Source of the DNA: Caecitellus pseudoparvulus | Taxonomy: Eukaryota; Protista; Bigyra: Bicosoecida | NCBI GenBank assembly: GCA_965644315.1 | Contig: CBFFRQ010000051.1 | Coordinates: 66,341 to 130,340 of the forward strand | Direction: 5' to 3' | DNA: 64,000 nucleotides | In this document: in pieces, positions 23,022 to 35,019 of the stretch | How positions within the stretch are numbered: position 1 is the first letter of the stretch | How the letters are laid out: every line of letters starts with the position of its first letter | Position numbers and translations under genes: made by a program | The notes under the pieces: generated by a model | Told to the model about the DNA's origin: nothing | The model's input: only the letters and a program-made list of their open reading frames with translations | The model's database searches: none

Positions 23022-24389
23022 ATGGCAGGGCACCTGCAGCTGACGTTTATCGATGATGACGACATTCTGGGCGACGCAGGCCCCGCCCTGACTCCTTCGT
23101 TCTCCATCACGCAGCCTCAACAGGCTGGCGCCAGCGGCGTTTCATCTGCAGCAGCAGCGCACGCCAGGCCTGTCCCCGACCTCGATGACAGCCAAAGAGA
23201 GCCTGCTGCGGCATTTCAATACTCCCTCAGCACATTTTCCCAGCCAGATGTCTCGCGACCCATTTCGCCAGTCCTGCCGGCGAGCTCCCTGGGCGGATCT
23301 GTGCGAGGGCGAGAGCCAACGCAGCCCCTCCCCGTCCCGGCACCCTCCACGCTGACAGCCCCCAGCCCCAAGCGGCCACGCGCCGTCCCAGCATACACGG
23401 CAGGCAATGCCCTCCTGGAGGGCACGCTGTCCCTCCCCAGCCAGCCCTTCATGCCCCCCCCTCCACCCCGCACCTCGCCCCCGCGTGCTGGAACGGCAGC
23501 CGCAGTCCCGTCTCACGCAAGCGCCAGGCAGCCCCCTGCCAGCCAAGGGAGCGGTCATGTGTCTGGGATCGTGCAGCAGCAAGGCTCAAGCCAGGCGTCG
23601 GCTGGGGTGCCGGAGTTTGGTGCTGCATCGCCCCAGCAGTCCGGCACCCAAGCGAGTCCACACGCCACACCTCCTCGTGACGCAGGCGCCGGGGGCCAGA
23701 CCAAGACGCACATCCCAGGCCCGGCTGGGGCCTTCTTTCGCGGAGGTGGGGACGCAGACACCTCTGGCCTGCCTCCTAGCCACGCTGATGCGGATGACAC
23801 GTCTGCCAGTGCAATCCCCGCAAACCCAGCGGTGCCCGAAGGTGGCGAGCCCACGTCAGGGATATTCGGTCCTGGCCAGCGCGTGGACGCGGCGTGGTTG
23901 TCCACAGGTGCCTGGCGCACCCTCGCCATTGATCTGGACCTGCCACCCGAGGCCACGCCCTGGGGGCGAGTGGAGGGTGCCGCCGCGCCTACACCGTCGA
24001 GTGCTCCTGCCGTGCCCAGCACCGTGGTGCCGTTGCGCACCTTCACATTACGGGCAGCGGAGAACCCACGCATGTGCTGGAAAGGTGTGCCTGGCGTGGG
24101 CGTCGTCATCACAGCGTACAGGGCCACGGCAGCAGGGGCGCTGGCGACGGTGCAGGATTGGTCTGGCAGTGCGCGCGCACTGCTTGCCAGGGACGTCGTG
24201 CAGGACTTTGGCAGTCGACTGGGCGTGGGCAGCTGCCTGTCCCTGGCAGGCGTGGCTGTCATACAGCCCTCCCCTGGCGTGCTGTACTTGAACGTGCTCT
24301 CTGACACGGTGAGCAAGGTGTACGCCAGCGACACGCGCCAGCCCGCGCCACGACACACCCAGCAGCAGTCACAATCGGGTTCTGGGTAG
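23022..24389 (+). CDS. HROB: HROB/MCM8IP-like (DUF4539) OB-fold protein
   Basis: A disordered N-terminus containing IPGPAG is followed by KGVPGVGVVI..VQDWSG..LGVGSCLSLAGVAVIQPSPGVLYLNVLSDTVSKVY, matching the HROB OB-fold pattern. Confidence 0.75.
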   Translation: MAGHLQLTFIDDDDILGDAGPALTPSFSITQPQQAGASGVSSAAAAHARPVPDLDDSQREPAAAFQYSLSTFSQPDVSRPISPVLPASSLGGSVRGREPTQPLPVPAPSTLTAPSPKRPRAVPAYTAGNALLEGTLSLPSQPFMPPPPPRTSPPRAGTAAAVPSHASARQPPASQGSGHVSGIVQQQGSSQASAGVPEFGAASPQQSGTQASPHATPPRDAGAGGQTKTHIPGPAGAFFRGGGDADTSGLPPSHADADDTSASAIPANPAVPEGGEPTSGIFGPGQRVDAAWLSTGAWRTLAIDLDLPPEATPWGRVEGAAAPTPSSAPAVPSTVVPLRTFTLRAAENPRMCWKGVPGVGVVITAYRATAAGALATVQDWSGSARALLARDVVQDFGSRLGVGSCLSLAGVAVIQPSPGVLYLNVLSDTVSKVYASDTRQPAPRHTQQQSQSGSG

Positions 24390-24629
24390 CTGGCACACGG
24401 CGGGCAGGCTGCCCATCATGCGTTTCACTGTGACCCGTCATGCACGCACGTGGCGAGCAGCACTGGGTGGGTCGTGGTGCGTGTCCAGAGCCAGAACACG
24501 AGTGCGCACTATACGCTACACGTCACTCGTGCATTCGCCTCTCTTCTGCTCGCCAACGGTCACGCCTACTCAGCCCACCCTAACCAATGCACCTTGGTTT
24601 CATCTTTTCCATCATGCACTGCAGCCTGT

Positions 24630-26467
24630 CTAGCCCGAAGGGGTGTCGGCCTTGACAGCTTCGCCTGACAAGTCGAACGAGGCTGGTCGGGGAACACTGC
24701 GGCGTCGCGTGCTCTGCAGTCCCCAGCCTTCTCGGCGTCGTTTCTGCCCGCCAACGGGGACCGCCGGCCCTGCACAAGCAGCCTTGTCGGAGAACCCCCG
24801 CGGAGGTGCAGCCGTGACGCGCAGGCGCGCCATCAACGCCTCATGCTCGGTGGCAGAGCGCACACTCGTCATGCGGCTGACCAGCCACTCCAGGCGACCT
24901 TCCCGCAGCGACTCGCGCCGGGCGTCCAGCCACGCGAGCGCGATGAACGGCAAGAGCAGCTGCAGGTGCGCCCACGACAGAGTGTGGAAGTGCCCCTTGG
25001 AGAGGTCAGGCGGGGTGAGGTCGCCCCACCCTGAGTCCCGGGGGTTGGGCCCCACGGCAGCGTTATACGCCACCTGCACGAACCTGTACAGCTTGTCGGC
25101 CTTGGACTCCCTGGTGCCACTGGCAGCGTCCCGCAGTGAGGCCAGCAGCAGGTCCTCGAGCAGAGGGGGGTCCTGGCCGTTCCCCAGCACGCCGATGGCG
25201 GCGAAGTTGGCAGCGTGCAGCGCCTTGATGTCCGGCTTGGTGAAGGACTCCTTCCCACCGCGGGCTCTCTTTGGCCTGTACCATGCAATCCAGTCCTCCT
25301 CCTCAGTGTTCCCTTTCAGCACTTGGATGCGGTGGTCAACCTCTCGGCGGCCGGCCGCTGAGCGGCTGACAGCATCTCCGCCAATCTCTTTCTGAATGCC
25401 CACAATCCCCGTCGCGCCGTCCATGAACTTCCGAACACGCGCTCGCATGCGCTTTTGACCCGCAGCGTACCCACCCATGCCCTCCCTGACGCTGGCGACG
25501 GCTGCTTGCACGGCCGCCCACACCGCGGAGTGCTCCCCTTCCGAGACCCCCTGCAAGGGGGCCTCCAAGCCCAGGGCGCCCATCCACTCTGGCAGGCGAC
25601 TCTCCTGGCGCTCCACCATGGCCTTGACTGCATCCAAGGTCCCGCCCCCAAAGACACCCACACCCCCCTCCAAGACGGCCCGGGTCCACAACCGGCGGAA
25701 GGCGGCCGCAGGGTTCCCCTGCCCTTCGCCAAATGCAACCAGCGGGCAGTCCTGGGGCTTGCCTCCCTGGGCTGTGCTGACCTGCACTGGACTTGAGATC
25801 GCCTGCAGAAGGGCTGCGTTGGCCTGCACTTGGCGCTGAAGTTTCAGGGTCGTGGCGGCCTGCACTTGGCGCACAAGTTGCGCGATGGTGGCGGCCTGTG
25901 CTGCCACGATCTCCTCCACCACCTGCATGTGGATGGCAAGGCCTCTCAACAACTTGCGCCTGGCACGCGCATCGGAGCTGCTGGTAAGTTTTTGCAGATG
26001 TGGGAGGTGGATCCCGTCATGCCAATCCTGGCTTCCAGCGGTGGCGGGCGCCTCGCCTGCGCAGGAGCGAAGCCAGCCAGTGCATGCACAAGCCAAGCGC
26101 TGCGTCTTCAGCACGTGCAGCCGGGCGTACCTGCACCATCTGACGGCTGCTCAGATTGTCCTTCAAGTGTTTGCATCAATGCTGCAAAGCTTGCCCGCAG
26201 AAATTCCCTGCCTGAGGGGTCGGCGCAGGCACAGGCGTGTTGGCGTGGCGTGTTTGAGGAAAAACTTGCCACAGCAAACTCACGGCTCAAGGTCCCAAAG
26301 TCGAAGCCTCGGCTTCCTCGCCCCTCGACACGTGTCCCTTGTAGCCTTTCCTCTGCAAATCGCCTCACTTTCGTCTTGGCGGCCGTGTGCTTTAGAGCAG
26401 GGAGGGTGCTCGGCGCACTGGCTGCGTCGACAGGGGGCACCTGCCCCCCTGAGGGAGGGGCGCTCAT
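24630..26467 (-). CDS. Orphan hypothetical protein, at least 2 exons, in putative mobile-element island 1
   Basis: ATG at 26467, then a GTACGC..CGCAG intron near 26130-26058 joining into the 494-aa ORF, which reads like a globular/helical protein. No family recognised. Confidence 0.55.
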
Positions 26468-26629
26468 GAGGGGAGTGGGCTTGCACCAGGGATCTAGTCG
26501 CAACAAACATACAAATCAACAATACTTGATCACAGGAGAGGTGTTGGGTTTGGCGAATGGTGCAGACTGCCCCACTGTGGTGGCGTTGCAAGTGCGGTAA
26601 TTGCTTCTGCCTGCGCAGTTTGAGCAGAC

Positions 26630-27280
26630 ATGGCCTCGCACGATGAGGTCGCGATCTGCCCGTACTGCCAGAAGACCTTTGTTAACTCCACTAGAGTTTT
26701 GCAGCACTTGCGTTTCTGCAAGAAGAATCCCCACACCATTGGCACTGGGCTCCACCGCAGCGTGAAGAAGTCTCACCGCCTTCGTGCCCGTGACATTCGC
26801 TTTGTTTACAAGGCTCCACAGCTCACCCATGCAGCATCCCCCAAAGTTGGGGCCACAGCCCAGCACGATGCAACAAATCATGTTGCTGCTCAGCCGGTTG
26901 CAGGGTCTCAAGCGGCCCCTGGTGCCAACGCAGCCGCTGGCGCAGGCGCTGCCGCACCCACTAGCGCACCCACGGCAAAGCCAGTAGCAGCCCTCCACTA
27001 CGCTCCACAAAGCCTGGAGTCCAGCGATGACGAGTCCAGCGATAGCATGTTCGCTTCTGAGCCAGAATCGCTTGGAGCGGCTGCTTCCCCCGACTGGTCA
27101 TCGTCCAGCTCTTTCAGCGAAGAGAGCGATGAGGGTGATCAGGAGTATTGGGACTATTGGATCGATGAAAGTGTCGAGGCTGGGGAGCCGGCTGCCCGCC
27201 CTCCCTCCACTGCGCACACCTCCCAGACACCCCAAACATCACGCGGTGAAGGTCTGCTTGAGCACATCGTGCAGAAGTGA
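26630..27280 (+). CDS. Orphan protein with an N-terminal C2HC zinc finger and an acidic/Ser-rich tract; may continue in another frame to 27416
   Basis: CPYCQKTFVNSTRVLQHLRFC fits C-x2-C-x12-H-x3-C. Confidence 0.55.
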   Translation: MASHDEVAICPYCQKTFVNSTRVLQHLRFCKKNPHTIGTGLHRSVKKSHRLRARDIRFVYKAPQLTHAASPKVGATAQHDATNHVAAQPVAGSQAAPGANAAAGAGAAAPTSAPTAKPVAALHYAPQSLESSDDESSDSMFASEPESLGAAASPDWSSSSSFSEESDEGDQEYWDYWIDESVEAGEPAARPPSTAHTSQTPQTSRGEGLLEHIVQK

Positions 27281-28127
27281 TGCGATCCACGCAGTCCGAG
27301 CGTACGACTGGGACTGTCTTGTTGCTGTGCTCCAGGAGGCCAAGTCCATGTCGGAAGCCCTGCTTGTCATCCGGGCTCACATGCCTCAGCACCCCAAAAT
27401 GAAACCCCCAAAGTAGTAGTTGCAGCACCTGAAACAGCACTCAGTCGCAGGGGGTGGCAAATTGAGAGCTGCGGCTTTCCGTGACACCGCAGCACGCCAA
27501 GCAGCGCTGTACACCTGACTGCAATAAGCACCGTAGCGTGGTACTCTTCACAAGCCGAATGGCTTGATTTGTGTCATAATTCACGGCATTTGTGCCGTCC
27601 AATGGCGCTTGAGCCGCGCACTGATCTCTGGCGCACAGCTCCATGCAGCAGCACCGCAGCACTCCTTCCTGCAAGGCAAGCTCAATGTGGACACAATAAT
27701 GTGTAGACTAAGCGCGTGTGTGCTCCCGGCTTCAGAGCGAGTGTCGCGCTGTGCTGGACAGAGGCCTGGCGCAGCAACCGCGGCAGGAGCCTGCCTGAAT
27801 CTGAGCCCGAGGCTTCGTGTGAGGACACTAAGGCTCAAGGTACTTGATGTCCTTGACTGAGACTTACCATTCGTGCAGTTTGGAATGAGCGGCCCTGACA
27901 GCTGTGTGCCTTGTCGCGGACCCTACCTCGACTCTGGCCCCCCTCGAAACTGCACCTTCGCAGCAGCAGCAATCCTTCACACAGCTCTCTCCAACGACCA
28001 TCAGACTCTCAAAACACGCCACTTGTACACTTTTCCTTGTCATTTAAAGACACATTGAATTCATTTTGTTGGTTTTTCCCAACTCGCCAAGACGTGCCCG
28101 CTGAGGGAACCGATACGCCACGTTGCA

Positions 28128-29978
28128 GTGACTTCAGGCTGCTGCGGAATTTGTGGCACAGGCAACATGGGGGACTTCCCGAGGCAGGGGAGTGCAGTGC
28201 ACATTGTGAAAGATGCTTTCTTCACAGCTTCCCAAGCAAGCACATGGTTGCGAACGTCAATGCCGGGAGGAGCTGGGGTCGCAACGCCGGGCAGTCACGC
28301 CAGCCGCGCAAAGCAACGCAGCAGCCTTGTCTTCGCATTCTGTCATTTCGATGAGGTGGGTGCGGGACTCCTTGTGCAGCACATAGGGCAGCACAGCACA
28401 GGAAGAAGTGCATTTGCTCGGCTGGTGCTCCGCCACTGCACCGGCGTGCGATGGTTTCTCAGCGCACTGGACAACGCCGCCCACAGCTGCGCTGCATGGC
28501 GGCAAGTCACGAGGTTGGAAGTGTACTGCCCACGTGGGCAGCTCACAAGCTCAAGACCCAGTCTGCTGTGGAAAACAACCACCTTCCCAGCCCTGGAAGA
28601 GCTCACGCTTGCAGGCTGCACGCAGTTTTCCGTGGCAGCCTTGCAGAATCTGGCCGGAACTGCTCGACGGGCTGGATTGGTCCACCTGCGCAGACTCAGC
28701 ATGTGGGGGTGTGGCCTTCGCATGAACGCCAACACGATGCACAGCTTTGCGGACATCATTAGACACTTGCCGGCGCTTCGTGAGCTGGATCTGAGCCACA
28801 ACCCAGACCTGTTCCAGCCACTGCTCCTTGCGCCAGCTGCCTCCCCAAGGCATGCTGCCGATGAGGAACACCTGCTACACAGCTTGAGGGAGCTAAACCT
28901 CACAAGCTTGAACCTGTCAGCTGTCCAAATGGGTGGCCGTGGAGGCATCATACTGTCAGCCGTGCTCTCCAGCTGCCCAAGCTTGCAGCGCCTCAATGTG
29001 GCAAGCTGTGGGCTATCTTCAGCCACACCCCTGGCCGACGTACTGTCCAGCAGCATGTTGCCCTGCCTCACTACGCTTGACCTATCGGACAACGCATTCT
29101 CGCCACACGCTCAGCCAACCCTGTTCGCTGCACTGTCAACCCTGCGATGCCTCGAGAGCCTGACCCTCACCGCATGCAACTTGGGGCCAGGAGCAGGCCG
29201 GCATCTCTCCCGTCTGCTGCGCAGGTGTCCTCAGCTGAGCATCCTGCGCGCTGATCAAAACGACCTCACCTTCTCTGATGGCCAGTCCGTTGCTCCCGCC
29301 CTCATCAGTGCGCAGCGCTTGGAGAAATTGGACTTGTCGCACAATATGCTGGGCAGCGACGGCGTTCTGGCCATCATTTCGGCAGCTGGGGAGCACCGCA
29401 CCCTGAAGCGCCTCAGTCTGTCTGGGAACCAGTTCTCATCTTCCATTGTCGATGCGGCGGCCACTGCCATGGTGAGTGCCCGGGAAGTCAAAGGGAGGGA
29501 GGAGGCAGCCGCCTTGCACCGTCTTCTCGCCTGGGCTGCCTCGTCGCGGCTCCTTCCCTGGAAGCGAACGCCAGGTCGCCTTTGCCAGGCCCAACTGGGC
29601 GTGTCCTTGCATCATGAAGGACCCATCGCAGCCCAGCAGCGATCAGAGGGAGGGCCCCTGTGCCAAGATACTCGTGCCCTTCCTCCGCCTCCACCGCGTC
29701 GCCCCGCTCCACCACCCGTTCGCCACCACCACCTTCCTCGACCGACACCCGCACCGCCTTCTGACAGTCACACTGTACCGACCCCTGCCGATTCAAGCAG
29801 ACCTGTCTCACATGCAGCCATGCGCAGGGCTCTGGGCGTGGAAGTTGTCCTACAGCGGGTACTGTCGTTCTGGAGTCCAGGGAATGCGCTTGGGGCGTGG
29901 AAGCTGGAGGTGACGCTCGATAGACCGCGTGTTCTCACACGGACAGCCCACCCAAGCGCAGCACAGGGGCAGCTGTGA
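28128..29978 (+). CDS. Leucine-rich repeat protein (RNI-like/NLRC3-type LRRs); start uncertain
   Basis: Repeated LxxLxLSxN motifs: LRELDLSHN, LTTLDLSDN, LEKLDLSHNMLGSDG and LKRLSLSGN. Confidence 0.8.
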   Translation: MTSGCCGICGTGNMGDFPRQGSAVHIVKDAFFTASQASTWLRTSMPGGAGVATPGSHASRAKQRSSLVFAFCHFDEVGAGLLVQHIGQHSTGRSAFARLVLRHCTGVRWFLSALDNAAHSCAAWRQVTRLEVYCPRGQLTSSRPSLLWKTTTFPALEELTLAGCTQFSVAALQNLAGTARRAGLVHLRRLSMWGCGLRMNANTMHSFADIIRHLPALRELDLSHNPDLFQPLLLAPAASPRHAADEEHLLHSLRELNLTSLNLSAVQMGGRGGIILSAVLSSCPSLQRLNVASCGLSSATPLADVLSSSMLPCLTTLDLSDNAFSPHAQPTLFAALSTLRCLESLTLTACNLGPGAGRHLSRLLRRCPQLSILRADQNDLTFSDGQSVAPALISAQRLEKLDLSHNMLGSDGVLAIISAAGEHRTLKRLSLSGNQFSSSIVDAAATAMVSAREVKGREEAAALHRLLAWAASSRLLPWKRTPGRLCQAQLGVSLHHEGPIAAQQRSEGGPLCQDTRALPPPPPRRPAPPPVRHHHLPRPTPAPPSDSHTVPTPADSSRPVSHAAMRRALGVEVVLQRVLSFWSPGNALGAWKLEVTLDRPRVLTRTAHPSAAQGQL

Positions 29979-30085
29979 CCTGGCTGATCAACTGCACGAA
30001 CCACGAAGAGTGAAGGATTCAGTGACTCACTGCGGACCGGCGCCAAACAACATGAGGCGAATGCAACATGAATTCACTGCCAGCA

Positions 30086-33000
30086 CTAGGTGCCCTTCAA
30101 GGTCTGGGCAATGACCACTTGGGCGATGTTCAGTGCGGGGTAGTAGCTGCTGAGAATGGACACGAGGACGAGCATGACCAGGGTGCCGAAGAAGAGGGCA
30201 TAGGGGAAGATGAACTGGAACGGCTGCTCGGTGAAGAGGTTGAACTGCAGCGTCAGCGTGATTGACACCAGCATGCCCACGACGCTGCCCATGATGAAGG
30301 AGGCCAGCACGACGGACAGCGCCTCGTACACGTACACACGTGTGACTTGGTGGATGGTGAGGCCCAGGGCTCGCAGCACGGCCAGCTCGCGCGCGTTCTC
30401 CCGCACGTTCGCCGTGAAGGACAGCCAGGAGGCAAAGAACGCCAGGACCACTGCGAGGGCGGCGATGAAGTAGAAAAACACCTCCAACCCAAGCAATGCG
30501 CTGGCAGTGCTGGCCAGGAGGGCCTCTGTGTCTTGCACTTGCACGTCCGAGCTGCGGATGATGCTCTTCAGAGCGTTCGCGATGAGGGTCGTGTCGTCGC
30601 GTGAGGCTCGGTCAGACATGCTGATGAGCAGGCGTTGCTTCGGCAGTCCCAGCGCCCTGTCGTCCACCAGGCTGGCATCTGCCTCGCACAGTGCCGCAGT
30701 GGCCAGCCGCAGCTGCACTTCCCCGAGCACCAGCCCTGCCTCGCCGCCCTCCAGGAGCAGGCGCCAGTACCGCGCAGAGAACGGCGACAGGCGCACGGAC
30801 TGGAAGCCTGCCCCTGCGTCGTCCACTTGCAGGGCCAGGGTGCCACGTGTGGACCAGGGCCCAGTCAGGGAGCCCCCCGCTTGCAAGCGAAGACGCCTGG
30901 GGTAGCGGGCAGCCTGGTTCGACACCGTGCCGGGAAACCAAACCCGGAGACCGGATACTGCGGGGCACTCTCGGAGGTCCAGCGTCAACCGCGCCGCGTC
31001 CACTGTGGAGTCCCATGCCAGCCCCGTGGCCGTGTCATCGTCCACAACTGCAGACACGTTTCGCACGGCGGTTTCGGCCCCCGCTGCTGCGCCCAGCTCG
31101 CCGCTGAACTGCGGAGTGGGCACCATCACCAATTCAGACGCGAATTGCTGGGAGCCGTTCACGCTGGTGTATGCGGCGGGGGGGGCGCCCCACGCTGGCA
31201 GGGAAGGCAGAAACGCCGGCGAAGCGGTCATGCCGGGGATTGCTGAGACCGCGCCATTCTGGCCCGCCTGCCCCTCTGATCCCGACTCCTCCTGGGGTGT
31301 GCTCTCCCCATCCCCCTCCCCGCTACTTCCCTGCCCCTCGCCCGCCTCCTCGTCCACTTCCCCGCCAGACTGGGTTTCAGAGGCAGCATCCAGCGCCGTG
31401 CCCGAATCCACAGCCTGCAGGAGGGACTGCTCCGCTTGCAGCAGCACCCTGCCAAAGTCCTGCATGCGCAGCAGCTGGGGGCTGCCTGCTGCCGCCTGCT
31501 GGTAGGAGGAGAAGAAGAACGCGGGCAGTTTCTGCACCATGCCGCGCACCTTGCCCAGGAACCGCTGGCGGATGAAGGCCGTGTCTTCCTCCGTCGACGC
31601 GGTGACACGGAACAGCATGGGCGTGTCAGTGGTGACGGATGCTGCGTCTCGCACCGCCTCAGACACCAGCATGTCCACGTACTGACGGTAGGCCACCTCA
31701 GCCGCCAAGTTCAGCCCGGGCACCGACACGGCCAGGGACGCCACGCAGAGCAGAGGAGAGGTTGAGCCGTCCCGGGAGGCTGCCTCGCCACACCGCTGCA
31801 CACACTCGTGATAGTCAGCGAAGCGAGGTGAGGCCTCCCGTCCTGCGCTGGGGTCGCTAGCGTTAACGAGGAAACGTGCAGGCGTTGGCGCGCCGTCGCC
31901 GTCAGTTGACGATCCGTTCACACACACATACAACGGGAAGGAGGCCTCCCCTGAGACAGGCGGCGGCGGCACAGCCTGGATGTCACCCTCCACGGGCAGG
32001 GTCAGCTCCCCTGCCCCCTGGTACAGCGCCCGGATGGCGTTCGTGTCGGTCCACTCCTCACCGCCACGCACTCCACCGCCGCCGCCGCCGCCCGACAATG
32101 CTGCAGGCACGCCCGCGGTGGCTTTCTCTGTGATGATGGTAAAGTCATCAGCGTACGTGGCGTCGAGGAAGTTCTCCTGCAGGCCGAACACTCGCGTGGA
32201 CAGCAGGGGCGTGCCGGCGAGGTTGGTGTTCGCTGTGAAACGGGCCGGCAACACGTCGGACATGGCGTAGGTGACAAAGGTGAAGGCGGAGATGAGGCCG
32301 CCTGGCCCGGTCTGGGTGGCCAGGTATGCCTCCAGCTCAGCTTGGGGCAGGGCGGCCGCGTCGGCGCCGCCAGGGGACAGAATGAGCAGGTCTGCGCCGA
32401 TGAAATTCCGCACGTTGGTGCGGATGCTCTCGCTCTGCAAGCCCACCATGGCGCCGGCAAAGAGCAGGAAGGCCGTGGAAAGGGCGACGATGTACGCCGT
32501 CTTGCGATTGCGGCTGCGGTGGCCGGAGAGATTCTTGGTGATGAGGTGCTGCAGGCGCGCGTCGGGGCGGCGGCACAGCATGGCGGCCAGCACGCCGCGC
32601 TCCAGGGCAGGCGTGCCCATCTGGGTGAGGATGGTCAGCCCCAGCACCATGGCCATGAGGATGGCGTTGAGGATGGCCAGGAAGATGTCGATGCGGGACA
32701 GGACGAAGGACAGCGGCACGAGGTAGTACGTGACGAAGCCGATGAGGATGAGGGTGAGGGCGGTGACGGTTTGGGTGGGACTGAGGCCCACCTCCGCCAG
32801 GCGCAGCACCACCACCGTCACGTCGTGCATGCCGGAGTGGTACAGGTCCAGTGCGTCACGCAGGGTGCCGCCCAGGGCCCGGCGAATGGGCCCCACTGTC
32901 GCGATGGCCGGCACCAGGATGCCGTACGCCACCCCGTACGCTACGCCCAGCCCTGGCAAGCCCAGGCTGATGGGGGCGGAGGCAAAGGCGCCCACGCCAG

Positions 33001-34740
33001 CGGCGATGCCGGCGTACAGCACAGCAGCTGCCGTGAGTCCGATGAGGATGCCGGGCAGGGCAAACGCTGCCGTCTGCACGCCCAGCACTGCGACGAGAGT
33101 GCCGTTCTGCATGCCCAGTGCGCGTAGCATGCCGTACTCGTACGTTTTGGCTTCCGTGTCGCCCAGCATGAGGGCGTACACCACGACACCGGAGAGGCAG
33201 GCCAGGATGAACACGACAGTCTGGAAGGTGACGTCCAGGAACAGCTTGATGAAGCGCAGGCCGTTCAGGGATGTGGCCATGGGCAGCGTGGCGGCGAAGA
33301 AGTACTCGTGCCCGAGACTGGCCCCCACGGACGTGGAGAACTCCGTCATGGCGCCCAGGACATTGTTGGAGTCCCGGATGTAGATGTCCAGGCGGCCAGC
33401 CGCCTGCACTGTCACGGCCAGTGCGAATTGCTGCATGAGGGCGTAGTCAAGTGCCGCCACTCCGGCGCGAGCCGTGACGAGGGCGTCCTGCAGTCCGCCG
33501 TCACCCAGCGCCAGCAGGGGTCCAAACTGGGCAGAAACAAGGTCCAGGGCGTCGGACAACTGCTCTCGCAGCCACTGCGCGACGAACTTGGCCTCCAGCA
33601 TGACGACGTTTCCGAGGAGGGAAGACCATTTTCCGCGGGGGAACTCCACGCCCTCCACCACCGTCGCATCCATCTGCAGGTCCACCGCGGCGCCCAGCAC
33701 GGCGGCAATGCCCTGTGTCACAGCCGTCGTGTCCACTGGGATGAGGTCCAGGCCTGGAATGGCGCTGGTGTCCACTGCAACGCCCAGCGACGCGGCAATG
33801 GCATCCAACAGCTCTGCAGCGGACACTGTGCCGCCGACGCCAAGCGTGGCCGCATCCACGCCCAGCAGCGCCAACAGGGCACTGGCAGCGGCAGCTGAAG
33901 GCGCTGCAGCAGTGCCGTTGCCGCCGCCTGCCCCGCCGGCAGCGCCTCCAAACGTGTTGAGCAGGGAGACGAAGTCCACCGTCAGTAGCACACGCTCGCC
34001 GGCAGCGCCTCGCACACCGATCTCCTTCAAAGCTGTGGTGGACTGCAAAGGGAGGGGGGGGGCAGGGGAGGGGGGTGCTTGTCTGCGGCAGGGGGGTTCA
34101 TAGAAGCGCATCGTCGAAACGCACCACGTAGGCTTCCTCCAGTCCCAGCGGCCGCCGGCTCCAGGAGCTGCCCAGCTGCAGCCCGCTCTCCTGTTCCGAG
34201 TCCAGGGCGAGGATGATGGTGGTGGTGTTCCGGGTGGGCTGTTCCCTGTTGGCCACCCGCCCCAGCACCGCCCAGCGGGGCGTGGCGCCCAGCACGTCCG
34301 CGTTGCCGGCCAGACGGAGGTCAATGTCTGTGAAGTTGAGGAAGGGGGGAGCCCCTGCCGCGCCGAATTCAGGCGTCAGCAACATGTCGTCCGATCCAGA
34401 GTTGTCTTCGGCAAGGCGGTAAAAGATGGTGGGGCTGTGGTGGGGGGCGGGGGCGGAGTGCTGGCGGAGAGGCTCGAGCCAGCGTTTCACTGCCCACGCA
34501 CGTCAAGCCAATGGCACCGATCAGCAACGCCGCGAAGGACACGACCAAGGACACAGTGCACAGGCCCATGCAAAACTGTGCCCGGTCCCGTTGGATGCTG
34601 CCCGCGACGTAGGTGGTGGCCAGGCTGCATGCGGCTGAGCAGGTTCGCTGCGCACTCCAGCGAGCTGCGGCATCAGACTTGGCGGCTGCTGGCCTACCCT
34701 CGGGCACGCCAGCGAGGCGGCCTGAGGCAGTGAGTTCCAT
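30086..34740 (-). CDS. Large FtsX/MacB-like permease-family membrane protein (two FtsX domains) with a discoidin/F5-8C-like insert; about 3 exons
   Basis: FtsX motifs KTYEYGMLRALG and ENARELAVLRALG, each followed by transmembrane bundles. The N-terminal TM exon starts at ATG 34740. Confidence 0.82.
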
Positions 34741-35019
34741 CTGCGCTGGCTCCACACGCAGCTTCATGGGCTGGGTGCAGCCAGTTCGCGCAGGGGGGCC
34801 CTTGTGCAGGCTGCAGCGGCGTCGGCCTGCCGGCTGGCGTGGCGTTTCACAGGTTCGGCCAGGGGGGTGCTCGGCTTGCAAGTCCTGCCCAGCGTCAGGC
34901 GGAGATCTAAGGCGGTAAGCAGTGTTCGGTATGCATAAAGGGTACTTTATTTCCAGTAGTGCAGGTTTCACCCGCGCGGAGTCGATTATAGCAGCGCCGC
35001 AGCCACTGAGTGGCCCAAG

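Noticed and set aside
15644-24389. ORC2 and HROB proximity as a replication gene cluster
   Set aside because: They are separated by the unrelated MVK, and neighbours across the window are functionally random.
27420-28100. Non-coding gap with a minus-strand GTAAGT donor near 27866
   Set aside because: I could not build a credible ORF, RNA structure or terminal repeat from it.
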